A DNA stretch of 64,000 nt from Bacilli bacterium. GTDB taxonomy: Bacteria > Bacillota_I > Bacilli_A > RF39 > UBA660. Of the stretch, positions 16,225 to 25,762 are shown in pieces (the stretch's first letter is position 1; each line of letters opens with the position of its first letter). Under the pieces are notes generated by a model. The model did not search any database and was not told where the DNA came from. It saw only the letters and a program-made list of their open reading frames with translations. The position numbers were made by a program, and so were the translations under genes. The DNA lies in assembly GCA_017940575.1 (NCBI GenBank), contig JAGAYJ010000006.1:805-64804 (forward strand), in the 5' to 3' direction.

Positions 16225-17790
16225 ATGATACTTAGAAAACCTTATGCAATATTAATTAAGAATTTTAAAATAATACATTTAATACTTTCTGTCTTAATGT
16301 TATATTTACTTTATAAGACTTATAACATTTTAGCATTTTTTAATAGCTATTTAAATACAATAGCAACTACCATTAGTAATGAAATTACTCGTTCCTTATT
16401 TGGTGTTTTACCAATAATAGTTAGTATTGGAATAATTGTAGGTTCTTTAATAATATTTGCTTTAATGAAATTTAAAGATAAGCCTGTTAAAACATACTTA
16501 TATAGTATAATTTCCTATATCGCTTTTATCGTTTACTATATAGTTACATTCAGTATAGTTAAATCATTAGAGCTAAATTTAGTAGATGTAAGAACTTTAA
16601 AGATACTTAGAGATTTAACAACCGTTGCTTTAATAGTAGAGTCAATAGCTTTTATAATTGTTCTTATTAGATCGACTGGATTTGATATAAAAAGTTTTAA
16701 CTTTAAAAAGGATTTGGAAGATTTAAATGTAGAAGTAGAAGATAGTGAAGAATTTGAAGTTAATACCGAAATAGATACATCAAAGTTAAAAAGAACATTT
16801 AATAAAAAGGTAAGACATTTAAAATATGCTTATTTTGAAAATAAGTTATTATTAAATATTATTGCAGTAATTATTATATTATTATTTGGTGGTTTATTCT
16901 ATTATAATAAAGCAGTTGTAAATAGAAAATATAAACAAAATGAATATATGACAACTAGTAGATTTTTATTTAATTTTACAAATTCTTATTTAACTAAATA
17001 CGATTATAAGAATAATATTTTATCTGAAAATACAGAACTTGTTATTATTAAGTTTAAAGTAAAAACATTATATGGATATAGTAATATAGGACTTGGAGCT
17101 TTTCAATTAAATGTTGATGGATATAAGTATCATCATAAAATGGATTTAAAAGATTCAGTATTTGATTTAGGAGTTACATTTAATGATCAAAGAATAAAGC
17201 CTGATTATCAAGATTTTATTCTTGTATTTGAAATTCCATCGTCAAAAGAAAATAGTAAAATGAAACTTAAATACTTTGATTATTTAAAAACATATGAAGT
17301 TAATATTAAACCACAATCATTAAATAATATTAAAGAATCTAAGTCAGCTAATATAGCAGATGAATTGGTATTTGATGATTCAGTTTTGAATAATGCAAGC
17401 ATTAAAATTGAAAGTGCTGAGATAAATAGAAGTTTTAAATCTGAGTATCAAACATGTCCAAATAATAAATGTAGTACTTATTATGAATATATTGTTCCAA
17501 GTACAAATAATGGAGCTGAATATCTACTTAAAATAGATGGTGTTTATAAAAATCCAGATGCTAATGAAAAGATAAATACATTATATAAATTTATAAAAAC
17601 ATTTGGTAAAATTAAATATTTAGATAATGGAACATATAAAACAATGGATATTGGTATAAATCAAGTAAAACCAAGAATGTCTACATCATCATCTATTTAT
17701 TTAGAATTAACAGAAGAAGCTTCTAATAAAGAACATATTATAATTGAATTTAATGTTAGAGGTAAATTGTACACTTATAGTGTAAAATGA
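16225..17790 (+). CDS. Polytopic membrane protein with a large C-terminal extracytoplasmic domain, function unknown
   Basis: About 5 N-terminal hydrophobic segments, an acidic linker (EDLNVEVEDSEEFEV), a further TM (LLLNIIAVIIILLFGGLFYY), then ~300 aa predicted outside. RBS AGAGGGA. Confidence 0.6.
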   Translation: MILRKPYAILIKNFKIIHLILSVLMLYLLYKTYNILAFFNSYLNTIATTISNEITRSLFGVLPIIVSIGIIVGSLIIFALMKFKDKPVKTYLYSIISYIAFIVYYIVTFSIVKSLELNLVDVRTLKILRDLTTVALIVESIAFIIVLIRSTGFDIKSFNFKKDLEDLNVEVEDSEEFEVNTEIDTSKLKRTFNKKVRHLKYAYFENKLLLNIIAVIIILLFGGLFYYNKAVVNRKYKQNEYMTTSRFLFNFTNSYLTKYDYKNNILSENTELVIIKFKVKTLYGYSNIGLGAFQLNVDGYKYHHKMDLKDSVFDLGVTFNDQRIKPDYQDFILVFEIPSSKENSKMKLKYFDYLKTYEVNIKPQSLNNIKESKSANIADELVFDDSVLNNASIKIESAEINRSFKSEYQTCPNNKCSTYYEYIVPSTNNGAEYLLKIDGVYKNPDANEKINTLYKFIKTFGKIKYLDNGTYKTMDIGINQVKPRMSTSSSIYLELTEEASNKEHIIIEFNVRGKLYTYSVK

Positions 17791-17792
17791 TA

Positions 17793-17820
17793 TTGTTTTA
17801 ACTAAAATATGTGCTATAAT
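17793..17820 (+). promoter_or_regulatory. Candidate promoter with extended -10 (TGcTATAAT) ahead of the adhesin/Tad genes
   Basis: TTGTTT (17793-17798), 16-nt spacer, TG at 17812-13, TATAAT at 17815-17820. Confidence 0.4.
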
Positions 17821-17841
17821 TAAATATGAGAGGATGATAAA

Positions 17842-18492
17842 ATGGGAGTATATAAAAAAGCTTTATTAACACTTTTTCTATTTCTTGGTATGAGTCATGT
17901 TAATGCCGCAGCTTGTGATAATACTTTAAAAGTAGATTATCAAAATAGAGCTAAGAATATTACTTATTCTTATACTTATAATGATTCTAATAATACTTTT
18001 AATTTGTTGTTTACAAATATTACAGATAGTTTATATTTGATTGACATGGAAAACATGCAAGAATATAGAAATCAAGGCGAAATTACAATGGGTAATGTAC
18101 TTCCAGGCAAAAGTTATAGATATGGAGTATTTACAAGTGATCAAAATCCTTGCAGTAGTTCTAGTATTTATTATATTTATGTAACCCTTCCTTTTTATAA
18201 TCCTTACTATAATGATTCTTTATGTGATGGAATAAGTAGTTATAAATATTGTCGTAAATTTATAAATAAATCTATTAGTTATGAAGAATTTACTGAAAAT
18301 GTTAATGAGTATAGAGATAACTTAAACAGTGAAGATACTAAAGAAGTTGTTGATGAAGAAACACTTTTAGAAAAAGTTTTTGATTATATAACATCTTTTT
18401 ACACTAATTATTATTTTATTATCTTACCAGTCATAATAATTATTTCTATAGTAATTATTATAAGACAAAATAAGAAAGACAGTTTGTTTTAG
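17842..18492 (+). CDS. Secreted, C-terminally membrane-anchored Cys-containing protein, function unknown
   Basis: Signal peptide ...GMSHVNAAA. C-terminal TM YYFIILPVIIIISIVIIIRQNKK. Several Cys residues. Confidence 0.6.
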   Translation: MGVYKKALLTLFLFLGMSHVNAAACDNTLKVDYQNRAKNITYSYTYNDSNNTFNLLFTNITDSLYLIDMENMQEYRNQGEITMGNVLPGKSYRYGVFTSDQNPCSSSSIYYIYVTLPFYNPYYNDSLCDGISSYKYCRKFINKSISYEEFTENVNEYRDNLNSEDTKEVVDEETLLEKVFDYITSFYTNYYFIILPVIIIISIVIIIRQNKKDSLF

Positions 18493-18502
18493 GAGGTGAA
18501 GT

Positions 18503-21500
18503 ATGAAGAAAAAAATTAGTTTATTATTATTTATAATACCTTTATTAATGTTTCCTTTAATGAATGTAGGGGCAGGCGATAATGAAGGAATAGAATTAAG
18601 AGAAATTACAAAAGTGGAACGTAAAAAGGGATATTTGATAAAATTTAGCGGTTCAAATAACCAATTAGTTCACAATGGTGATTTATTTGAAATTGAATTA
18701 AATAAAAAAGTTGCACTTTGCCTGGACCCAGGTCAACATATTTATGAGAATGCTAAATATAGGATGATTGGAAAAATAATGAAGGATGATTCAGACTCAA
18801 GCCACCCAAGCCCAAGTAATTTATTAATTAAGGCTTATTTATATGCATTAAGTAACTCCAGTACTAGCACTTTAGATGATAAACGTAGAAGAGCAGCTTC
18901 TCAGATTGTTGCATGGCAATGGGGTACTGCTGAATATACAAAAGGTTTATCTCAAGATGAAGAAGAAATATTAGCAATTAAGGATTCAATAAATATTAAT
19001 ATGAGCCTTGAAAATTTTAGGTATATTAGTGAAGATGCCTTTAAAAGTAAATATCCAAAAGGCACTTTAGAACGTTCATTATACGATGGACTTGAAAAAT
19101 TTGTTCCTAAAAATGTTAATAATAATTTAATAAAACATCTTTTTCAATTAGCAAATACTTTTATTGAAAAACAACATATTTTGGATACTGTTATTCCAGA
19201 TGATTTAGAATATTTAGGAATTTGGCAAGATACAAACAATCCTAGCAATCAAAGAGTATTAGCTTTATCTGATCAAGAAGCAGAAAAAGAATTAGAAAAA
19301 GAAAATTGTAAACAAGTTACATTTAATGCCTTATCTGATTGTTATGGCGATGATACACTTACATATGGAAGCATTTATCAAGAAACTGTAGGTGATTGTA
19401 AAAATTATTATGATAAAAAAACAAACAATAAATATTCTACATATGGTGTTAAAGATACTGATTTTGGAACATATTGTAGAATGTACTGTAATAAGTCATA
19501 TCGTCAAATCCTTCCAGGAAATATAGCAACTGCTGTAAACGTTGGAAGATACATTGTATGGCCTAATAATAATATTGAAAATAATAGATATAAAATAAAT
19601 GCTAATTTAGCAACATATCCAATGGAATTAACTTTAACTAAATCATGTCATATTGGACTTGCATATAGTGATGATACAAACAAATATCAAATTGAAACTG
19701 ATTATCAAACAGCTTATGGAAATTATATAAATTATATTAATTCAACAAGAGATTCTAATAATAAATTAGTTTATAATCAATATAAAAATGATAGTTATTC
19801 ATGTAAACCAACTTATGAAAACACATATAAAGCATTAAAAGAAGATGCTGATGATTATTGTAATAATAAAGTTGGCGAAGAGCCTACACCAGCAACTGTC
19901 AAAACTAATCCTCATGAATGTTGCTCTGGACCTGGTCGATGGGTTGGTGGCGTATTTGCATGTCCAACAACTACATGTTATGATGATGTGGAAACACAAG
20001 AACATAAAGATTGGAAAGAAAGAGTTAATACATGTAATGAAAAGAAAAAAGCTGCAGAAACAGCTTATGCTAACTTAGAAAAATGTGAAAAAATATCTGA
20101 GCATGAAAAAACAATTGCAGATATTATAGAAGATTTTAATAGTTGTGTTGGATATAATGCAAATATTAATTTAAATTTCTCTGTTCCAGGAATAAGCGTT
20201 TCATATAATGATGAAGAATATGGAACTACTATGGGACTTAAAGAAACATATGTTAGAAAAACGTGTACAAATTGTACTTCATCAATTGCTAAAATTCCAG
20301 CTGTTATTGCTTCAAACGCAACTGTAAATCTTACAAGGACAATTCAAACTAAAATTAATGCAATTAGTTCTAAAACAATTATTGGTGTTACAACTAAAAA
20401 ATATGATTTAGCTAATGGTTATTATTATTTTGTTAATAAGGATACAAATAAAGCTATAAGTACACTTAATACTAGAAACTATTCCATAATAGGATTTAGT
20501 AATATGCCTATTTCTTATAAAGCTAATTCAAAGAAAAAATATGATTTAAAAGTTATTATGTCATCTGTTACTGGAGATGCTAGTGTATTTAGTAAAGAAA
20601 TTGCTTCTAATAATTATGTATGTCATTATAAAGTAACAAAAACAACAAGTCCATCATGCGTATGTCCTGAGGGAACATTACATGCTGGAGAATCACTTGA
20701 TTGTTTATCTAAAAACAATAATGGAACTTGCCTAGATAATCAAGAACAATATTGTAATTCTAGTGCTGAAATTCCACATAATTGTACAAGTTCTGATTTA
20801 ACTTGTCCAAATGATCCATCAATGGATTTATCTGCTTGTGTTAATGCAGGTAAGACATATAATTGGTGTGTAAATAACTTCTGTGATGGAAAGGTACCTA
20901 ATCCTGATAATCCTGATGACCCTATTGTTCCAAGTAATCCAGTTAATCCTAATGGTGGTGGAAATGGTAATCGTGGATGGGTATGTCCTGCAGGAACAAA
21001 CGAAGGCATGGATTTATCTAGCTGTGTAATTCCTATGATGATAAAAGGTTATAGTGAAAAAGATGCATATGAATATTGTCGTGATGTAACTTGTCCTTAT
21101 GGTGGAATTAAAATAATCTATAGAGTTATAGATTTAGCAAATCCATTCCCAAGTAAGGATGCAGATAGTGTAGTTACACAAACAGGATTAAAAACAGGAA
21201 TGTTTAATGATCAATTAAAAGGTCGTTATCCAGGATCTAACTGGAATAGTACAAATGTTGTTAAGAAAAGAATTTTGAACAATAGAAATGTAGATGGTGA
21301 TAAAGTTTATAATAAACAACCTTTATACACATTTATTGTTGATTCAAGTAAAATAAAAGCAATTAGAAAATACAATGATGCTCAAAGAGATAGTTATGCT
21401 GATTTTAAACTAAATTGTTTAGATGGTAGAACTGCTTGTAAGAGTGACTTTGTACATAATTCAATATATGGTATAACAGGAGGTACATGTAAGAATGTTT

Positions 21501-21532
21501 CTAAAGGAAGCTTCTATACATGTGCTAATTAA
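18503..21532 (+). CDS. Large (1009 aa) secreted cysteine-rich protein; candidate adhesin with a thioester-domain-like (TQXA-like) N-terminal motif pair
   Basis: Signal peptide MKKKISLLLFIIPLLMFPLMNVGA. ALCLDPG (Cys73) and AASQIVAWQW (Gln134) resemble the Cys and TQxA(I/V)W motifs of thioester domains. A Pro-rich linker and repeated CP.GT...DLS.C modules lie in the C-terminal third. No LPXTG. Confidence 0.6.
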   Translation: MKKKISLLLFIIPLLMFPLMNVGAGDNEGIELREITKVERKKGYLIKFSGSNNQLVHNGDLFEIELNKKVALCLDPGQHIYENAKYRMIGKIMKDDSDSSHPSPSNLLIKAYLYALSNSSTSTLDDKRRRAASQIVAWQWGTAEYTKGLSQDEEEILAIKDSININMSLENFRYISEDAFKSKYPKGTLERSLYDGLEKFVPKNVNNNLIKHLFQLANTFIEKQHILDTVIPDDLEYLGIWQDTNNPSNQRVLALSDQEAEKELEKENCKQVTFNALSDCYGDDTLTYGSIYQETVGDCKNYYDKKTNNKYSTYGVKDTDFGTYCRMYCNKSYRQILPGNIATAVNVGRYIVWPNNNIENNRYKINANLATYPMELTLTKSCHIGLAYSDDTNKYQIETDYQTAYGNYINYINSTRDSNNKLVYNQYKNDSYSCKPTYENTYKALKEDADDYCNNKVGEEPTPATVKTNPHECCSGPGRWVGGVFACPTTTCYDDVETQEHKDWKERVNTCNEKKKAAETAYANLEKCEKISEHEKTIADIIEDFNSCVGYNANINLNFSVPGISVSYNDEEYGTTMGLKETYVRKTCTNCTSSIAKIPAVIASNATVNLTRTIQTKINAISSKTIIGVTTKKYDLANGYYYFVNKDTNKAISTLNTRNYSIIGFSNMPISYKANSKKKYDLKVIMSSVTGDASVFSKEIASNNYVCHYKVTKTTSPSCVCPEGTLHAGESLDCLSKNNNGTCLDNQEQYCNSSAEIPHNCTSSDLTCPNDPSMDLSACVNAGKTYNWCVNNFCDGKVPNPDNPDDPIVPSNPVNPNGGGNGNRGWVCPAGTNEGMDLSSCVIPMMIKGYSEKDAYEYCRDVTCPYGGIKIIYRVIDLANPFPSKDADSVVTQTGLKTGMFNDQLKGRYPGSNWNSTNVVKKRILNNRNVDGDKVYNKQPLYTFIVDSSKIKAIRKYNDAQRDSYADFKLNCLDGRTACKSDFVHNSIYGITGGTCKNVSKGSFYTCAN

Positions 21533-21541
21533 GGAGGTAAT

Positions 21542-21943
21542 ATGAAAGAGTCATTTTGGAGTGTATTTATCGTTATGATTGGCGTTATATCTCTAGCTTT
21601 CATTTACTTCTTTCAAACTGTTACATCTACAGATGAACAAAACTATACAATTTTAAAAGAAGTAACGGAAGCATCTATGTGGGATGCCGTTGATTGGACA
21701 GAATATAGAGCAACAGGAAATGTCAGAATTAATAGAGAGAAGTTTGTTGAAAACTTCATGAGAAGATTTGCTGAAAGCGTTTCTTTAGGAAATGTTTATA
21801 AAATAGATATTTATGATGTTAATGAATATCCACCTAAAGTAAGCTTAAAGGTTTCATCGAAATTAAATTCAAATGTGACCGATGAAATAGTAGAGTTCGA
21901 TATTGTAAATAAAATAGATGCAATATTAGAAACACCATATTAA
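21542..21943 (+). CDS. Small protein with an N-terminal hydrophobic helix (possible minor pilin or pseudopilin-like)
   Basis: MKESFWSVFIVMIGVISLAFIYFF, then a soluble ~105-aa domain. Sits immediately before the cpaB-like gene. Confidence 0.45.
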   Translation: MKESFWSVFIVMIGVISLAFIYFFQTVTSTDEQNYTILKEVTEASMWDAVDWTEYRATGNVRINREKFVENFMRRFAESVSLGNVYKIDIYDVNEYPPKVSLKVSSKLNSNVTDEIVEFDIVNKIDAILETPY

Positions 21944-21963
21944 AGAAAGGAAAGGGAAAAAAT

Positions 21964-22797
21964 ATGAATAATTTTATGATTTCAATTAAAAGATTTTTTC
22001 AAAACAAAAATACAGTAACAATCATTGGAGTTATATTAATTTTATTAGTATTATTCTTAGGATATCGTTACCAAATTAATAGAGCAGTTAACCCAGTATC
22101 AGGTATACCAGTTGCTACTCAAACAATTCAACCAAGAACATTAATAGAAAGTGATATGGTAGATACTATTCAAGTAGCACCTATAGTACTATCTGAAAAT
22201 GTAATTAGAACAAAATCTGCTGTTGTTGGAAAATATACTGCAGTTAATACAGTAGTTCCAGAAGGAAGTATGTTCTATAAAAATACAGTTGTAACAAAAG
22301 ATGAACTTCCAGATGCTGCATTTGTAGACATCGAAAAAGGTCAAATTCCATACAACTTCCCAGTTACTATGGCATCTACTTATGGTAACTCAATTTATCC
22401 AGGAAATTATATTGATATCTACATGAAATCATATAATGAAAGTGGAGAATTAATGGTTGGTAGATTAATTGAAAACGTTAAAGTATTAGCAGTAAAAGAT
22501 TCTTCAGGTAAAAATGTATTTGAAAACTCTGAAGAAACAAGAGTACCAGCTTATATAATCTTTGGATTAGATTATGAATTAAATATTCTACTTAGAAAAG
22601 CTAGCTACATGGATGAATTCTCAGTAGATTTATTCCCAGTACCACATGGTACACAAGTTAAAACTGGTGAAGGTGAAACAGTTGTAAGTAGCCAAACATT
22701 AAAAGACTTCATAAATGCTAATACAGTACCTAACGATGAAATAACTGCACAACAAGAAGCTGATGCAGCAAAAGAATCTGTTGAAACTAACGAATAG
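21964..22797 (+). CDS. cpaB: Flp pilus assembly protein CpaB/RcpC-like (SAF domain)
   Basis: N-terminal TM. SAF-like segment IPVATQTIQPRTLIESDMV...VVGKYTAVNTVVPEGSMF. Then PGNYIDIYM...ENVKVLAVKD...IIFGLDYELNILLRKA, as in CpaB C-terminal domains. Confidence 0.7.
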   Translation: MNNFMISIKRFFQNKNTVTIIGVILILLVLFLGYRYQINRAVNPVSGIPVATQTIQPRTLIESDMVDTIQVAPIVLSENVIRTKSAVVGKYTAVNTVVPEGSMFYKNTVVTKDELPDAAFVDIEKGQIPYNFPVTMASTYGNSIYPGNYIDIYMKSYNESGELMVGRLIENVKVLAVKDSSGKNVFENSEETRVPAYIIFGLDYELNILLRKASYMDEFSVDLFPVPHGTQVKTGEGETVVSSQTLKDFINANTVPNDEITAQQEADAAKESVETNE

Positions 22798-22811
22798 AAA
22801 GTTAAGGTATC

Positions 22812-23924
22812 ATGGAAGATAGTATGTTCTCCCAAATTGATTTTGGGGATTTACAACAATACTTAGATAACGATGATATAACAGATATTTCATATGATAA
22901 TGGTGGTCAAATCCACTTAAAAACATTATCAAGAGGTATATTCAGGATAGAAAATCCTAATATAAATAATGCATTTATGGAAAAATTAGCATTCCAATGC
23001 TCAAACGTAATGGGTAAGACATTTAATATGGCTCACCCATTCCTTGATGCAGAAGGGTCTGAACTTCGTTTAAACTTTGTTCATGAATCCATAGCTAAAA
23101 ATGGTATAGCTTGTGTTATACGTAAAACACCAGCTAAAATCAGACTTGAAAAAGAAAAATTGCTAAAAGAAAAATATATTGATTTAGATATACATGATTT
23201 TTTAATTCAATGTGTACTTGGACATTGTAATATCATTGCTTGTGGAGAAACTGGTTCTGGTAAAACAGAGTTTATAAAATACTTAGCTTCTAAAACAAGA
23301 CCAGATGAAAAAATAATTACAATAGAAGATACACTTGAACTACATTTGGATAAAATATTTCCACATAGAGATATTGTTACAATGAAGACAAATAATATAG
23401 CATCTTATTCAGATGTACTTGTCACTTGTATGAGACAGAATCCTAAATGGATACTTTTATCAGAGGTACGTAGTGCTGAGGCTGTAATGGCGGTAAGAAA
23501 CTCAATTTCATCAGGTCACTATATCTTATCAACAATACATGCTGATAGAGCATCTTCAATACCAAACCGTATGTATAGTTTGCTTGAGTCAAATCAAGAT
23601 ATGGATCAATATATGAAATCAGTATATCGTTATATACAATTAGGTGTATATATAAGAGGTTTTCAAGATAAAGCAACAAAACGATTTGTTCGTGAAATTG
23701 CTGAAGTAACAGAATTTTATGTTACTGAAGATAATGAACCAAGATATAATGAAATTTATAAAAAAACAACAACAGGTCATGTTGTTAGACACAAACCATC
23801 CAAATACTTAATTGATTACTTGGATAGACAAGGCGTAACGCTTGATGAAAACTTAATTCATGAAGGTGAAAGTGGTACACCTATAGATACTGAGAATTCA
23901 ATTGAGACTATTGGTGGTGAATAA
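22812..23924 (+). CDS. tadA: TadA/CpaF-type (T2SS-E/VirB11 superfamily) secretion ATPase
   Basis: Walker A ACGETGSGKTEF. Walker B/Asp box ILLSEVRSAEA. His box STIHADRASS. Size of 370 aa. Confidence 0.8.
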   Translation: MEDSMFSQIDFGDLQQYLDNDDITDISYDNGGQIHLKTLSRGIFRIENPNINNAFMEKLAFQCSNVMGKTFNMAHPFLDAEGSELRLNFVHESIAKNGIACVIRKTPAKIRLEKEKLLKEKYIDLDIHDFLIQCVLGHCNIIACGETGSGKTEFIKYLASKTRPDEKIITIEDTLELHLDKIFPHRDIVTMKTNNIASYSDVLVTCMRQNPKWILLSEVRSAEAVMAVRNSISSGHYILSTIHADRASSIPNRMYSLLESNQDMDQYMKSVYRYIQLGVYIRGFQDKATKRFVREIAEVTEFYVTEDNEPRYNEIYKKTTTGHVVRHKPSKYLIDYLDRQGVTLDENLIHEGESGTPIDTENSIETIGGE

Positions 23925-23934
23925 GGAGGATATT

Positions 23935-24843
23935 ATGGTTACTTTAATAGTTTTCTTAATTATAGCATTTATAATTGTCTTTGTAATGGCCTATAGATAC
24001 AATTCAGGAGATAGTTTTTATAAATATATATCAAAACAATCAAATCTTTTATATGAAAAATTTGCTCCTTATTCATTTAAAGAAATAAGAGAAAAAGTTA
24101 AAGATTTAGGTCAAGAGTATACTAAAAAACAATATATGATACAAATTGGTGTATTCTCAATTTCAGCAGCAGTTATATCATATTTGTATTTTTATAATTT
24201 ACTAATTTCTTTAATTTACATTATTGCTTCAATTGTTGTAATTCCAGTATTAACATTTTATAGATGTAAACGTATTTATTCAGAATTTATTTTTGAACAA
24301 ATTCAAGTTTATACAACAAATGTTATTATGGAATTCGCAACTACACAATCATTTGTAAAAGCACTAGAAGGTGTTTATGATTCAGGTGTCTTAGAAGATC
24401 CTGTTAAAAGTGATGTTAAGACAATGATAGATATGTCATATGAAAATGGTACTATAGATGCGGCTGTAGCGTTTATGAATGAGAAATATGATTATTATAT
24501 TGTTAAAAATATGCATCAATTATTTATTCAAATTACAAATGAAGGTTCTAAAAATTCAAGTGATGCTTTAGAAAATATGTCACTTGATATCGATATGCTT
24601 GTTGAAAATGTATATCGTGATAGAATGGATAGAGCACAATTCCATAAAAAATTCTTACAATTTGGTATTGTTTTATATTTAATGGTTATGTTAGTACAAT
24701 TCTTACTTGGAACAGAATCTTACATAAAATTACTTGATACTAATTTACTTGTTCAAGTATTATTACATGCAATTATTATTGTTAATTCATACTTCTTACT
24801 TAATGGTGAGAAATACTATAATGAGAATGTGGGGGCTGAATAA
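23935..24843 (+). CDS. tadB: TadB-like platform protein (T2SS-F domain family)
   Basis: The start is moved to ATG 23935 (AAGGAGG 6 nt upstream). Topology is N-terminal TM, a TM pair, a ~150-aa cytoplasmic helical domain and a C-terminal TM pair, as in TadB/TadC. Confidence 0.6.
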   Translation: MVTLIVFLIIAFIIVFVMAYRYNSGDSFYKYISKQSNLLYEKFAPYSFKEIREKVKDLGQEYTKKQYMIQIGVFSISAAVISYLYFYNLLISLIYIIASIVVIPVLTFYRCKRIYSEFIFEQIQVYTTNVIMEFATTQSFVKALEGVYDSGVLEDPVKSDVKTMIDMSYENGTIDAAVAFMNEKYDYYIVKNMHQLFIQITNEGSKNSSDALENMSLDIDMLVENVYRDRMDRAQFHKKFLQFGIVLYLMVMLVQFLLGTESYIKLLDTNLLVQVLLHAIIIVNSYFLLNGEKYYNENVGAE

Positions 24844-25628
24844 TGGAATTTTTAATTATTGGTGTAATTCTTTTATTCATACTTCAATATAGTAAAAGAA
24901 TTAATTTAAGAAAATTTGTTGGTGATACTGAACCATACTTTAGATCATTAATGGAAGAAGATTATGAATTCTTACTTAAACTTAAATATGGTAACGATGT
25001 AGATGTTAATGAAATATTTGGTACAAGAGTTAGAAATGGTTTAGTAACAATCGTAATACTTATATTTGTATTTGTAATGTCTAAACCAAGCTTTATAAAT
25101 GTTTTACTTGCTTTTATACTAGGATTTGTAGTATTTAAAATGCCTTATTCTAGTTTACAAACTTATTATAAAAACAACTTACATCATATAGATCAAATGC
25201 TTCCATATTATTTAAAGAGTTTGGAAATCTTAATCCAACATTATACTGTTCCAGTAGCGCTTAGAAGAAGTATTAACACAGCTCCTGAAATCTTTGTTCC
25301 AGGACTTAAAAGATTAGTTGATAGAATTGAACAAGGTGATTCTTCAGTTGATCCTTATATGGATTTCGCAAAAGAATATCCTGTACGTGATTCTATGCGT
25401 ATGATGCGTTTACTTTACCGTTTAGGTTTAGGAGACCAAGAAAACAAACAAGAACAATTAGTTATGTTTTCACGTACTGTATCAACTCTTCAAAATAAAG
25501 CTCGTGAACAAAAATACAAAGAACGTTTGGAGAAAATGGAAAACAAAACAATGCAAATGTTATTCGTAACAGGTGGAGGTATATTATTATTACTTCTATT
25601 CTCAATGTTACAAATGATGAATTTATAA
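24843..25628 (+). CDS. tadC: TadC-like platform protein (T2SS-F domain family)
   Basis: Same topology. LPYYLKSLEILIQHYTVPVALRRSI... resembles the T2SSF motif. TAATG overlap with the upstream gene. Confidence 0.6.
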   Translation: MEFLIIGVILLFILQYSKRINLRKFVGDTEPYFRSLMEEDYEFLLKLKYGNDVDVNEIFGTRVRNGLVTIVILIFVFVMSKPSFINVLLAFILGFVVFKMPYSSLQTYYKNNLHHIDQMLPYYLKSLEILIQHYTVPVALRRSINTAPEIFVPGLKRLVDRIEQGDSSVDPYMDFAKEYPVRDSMRMMRLLYRLGLGDQENKQEQLVMFSRTVSTLQNKAREQKYKERLEKMENKTMQMLFVTGGGILLLLLFSMLQMMNL

Positions 25629-25657
25629 TTAGAACATAAAATTGTTCTAATTTTTTT
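25629..25657 (+). terminator. Rho-independent terminator after the tadC-like gene
   Basis: ttagaaca-taaaat-tgttctaa followed by T7. Confidence 0.65.
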
Positions 25658-25762
25658 GTCTTCTTTTAACTAGTTTTGTCGAATTACTTGATTATATATG
25701 TTTTTATTTTAAAATAAACAATTAATTATTCTTTTAATATTAGTTAGAAAGAAGCTGATTAG

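Noticed and set aside
19845-21009. ORFs 19845-20078 (+, alternative frame) and 20740-21009 (-) inside the 1009-aa gene; also 29510-29695 and 29741-29959 inside the 367-aa gene
   Set aside because: They are embedded in longer ORFs that have signal peptides and coherent domain content, and they have no independent start signals.
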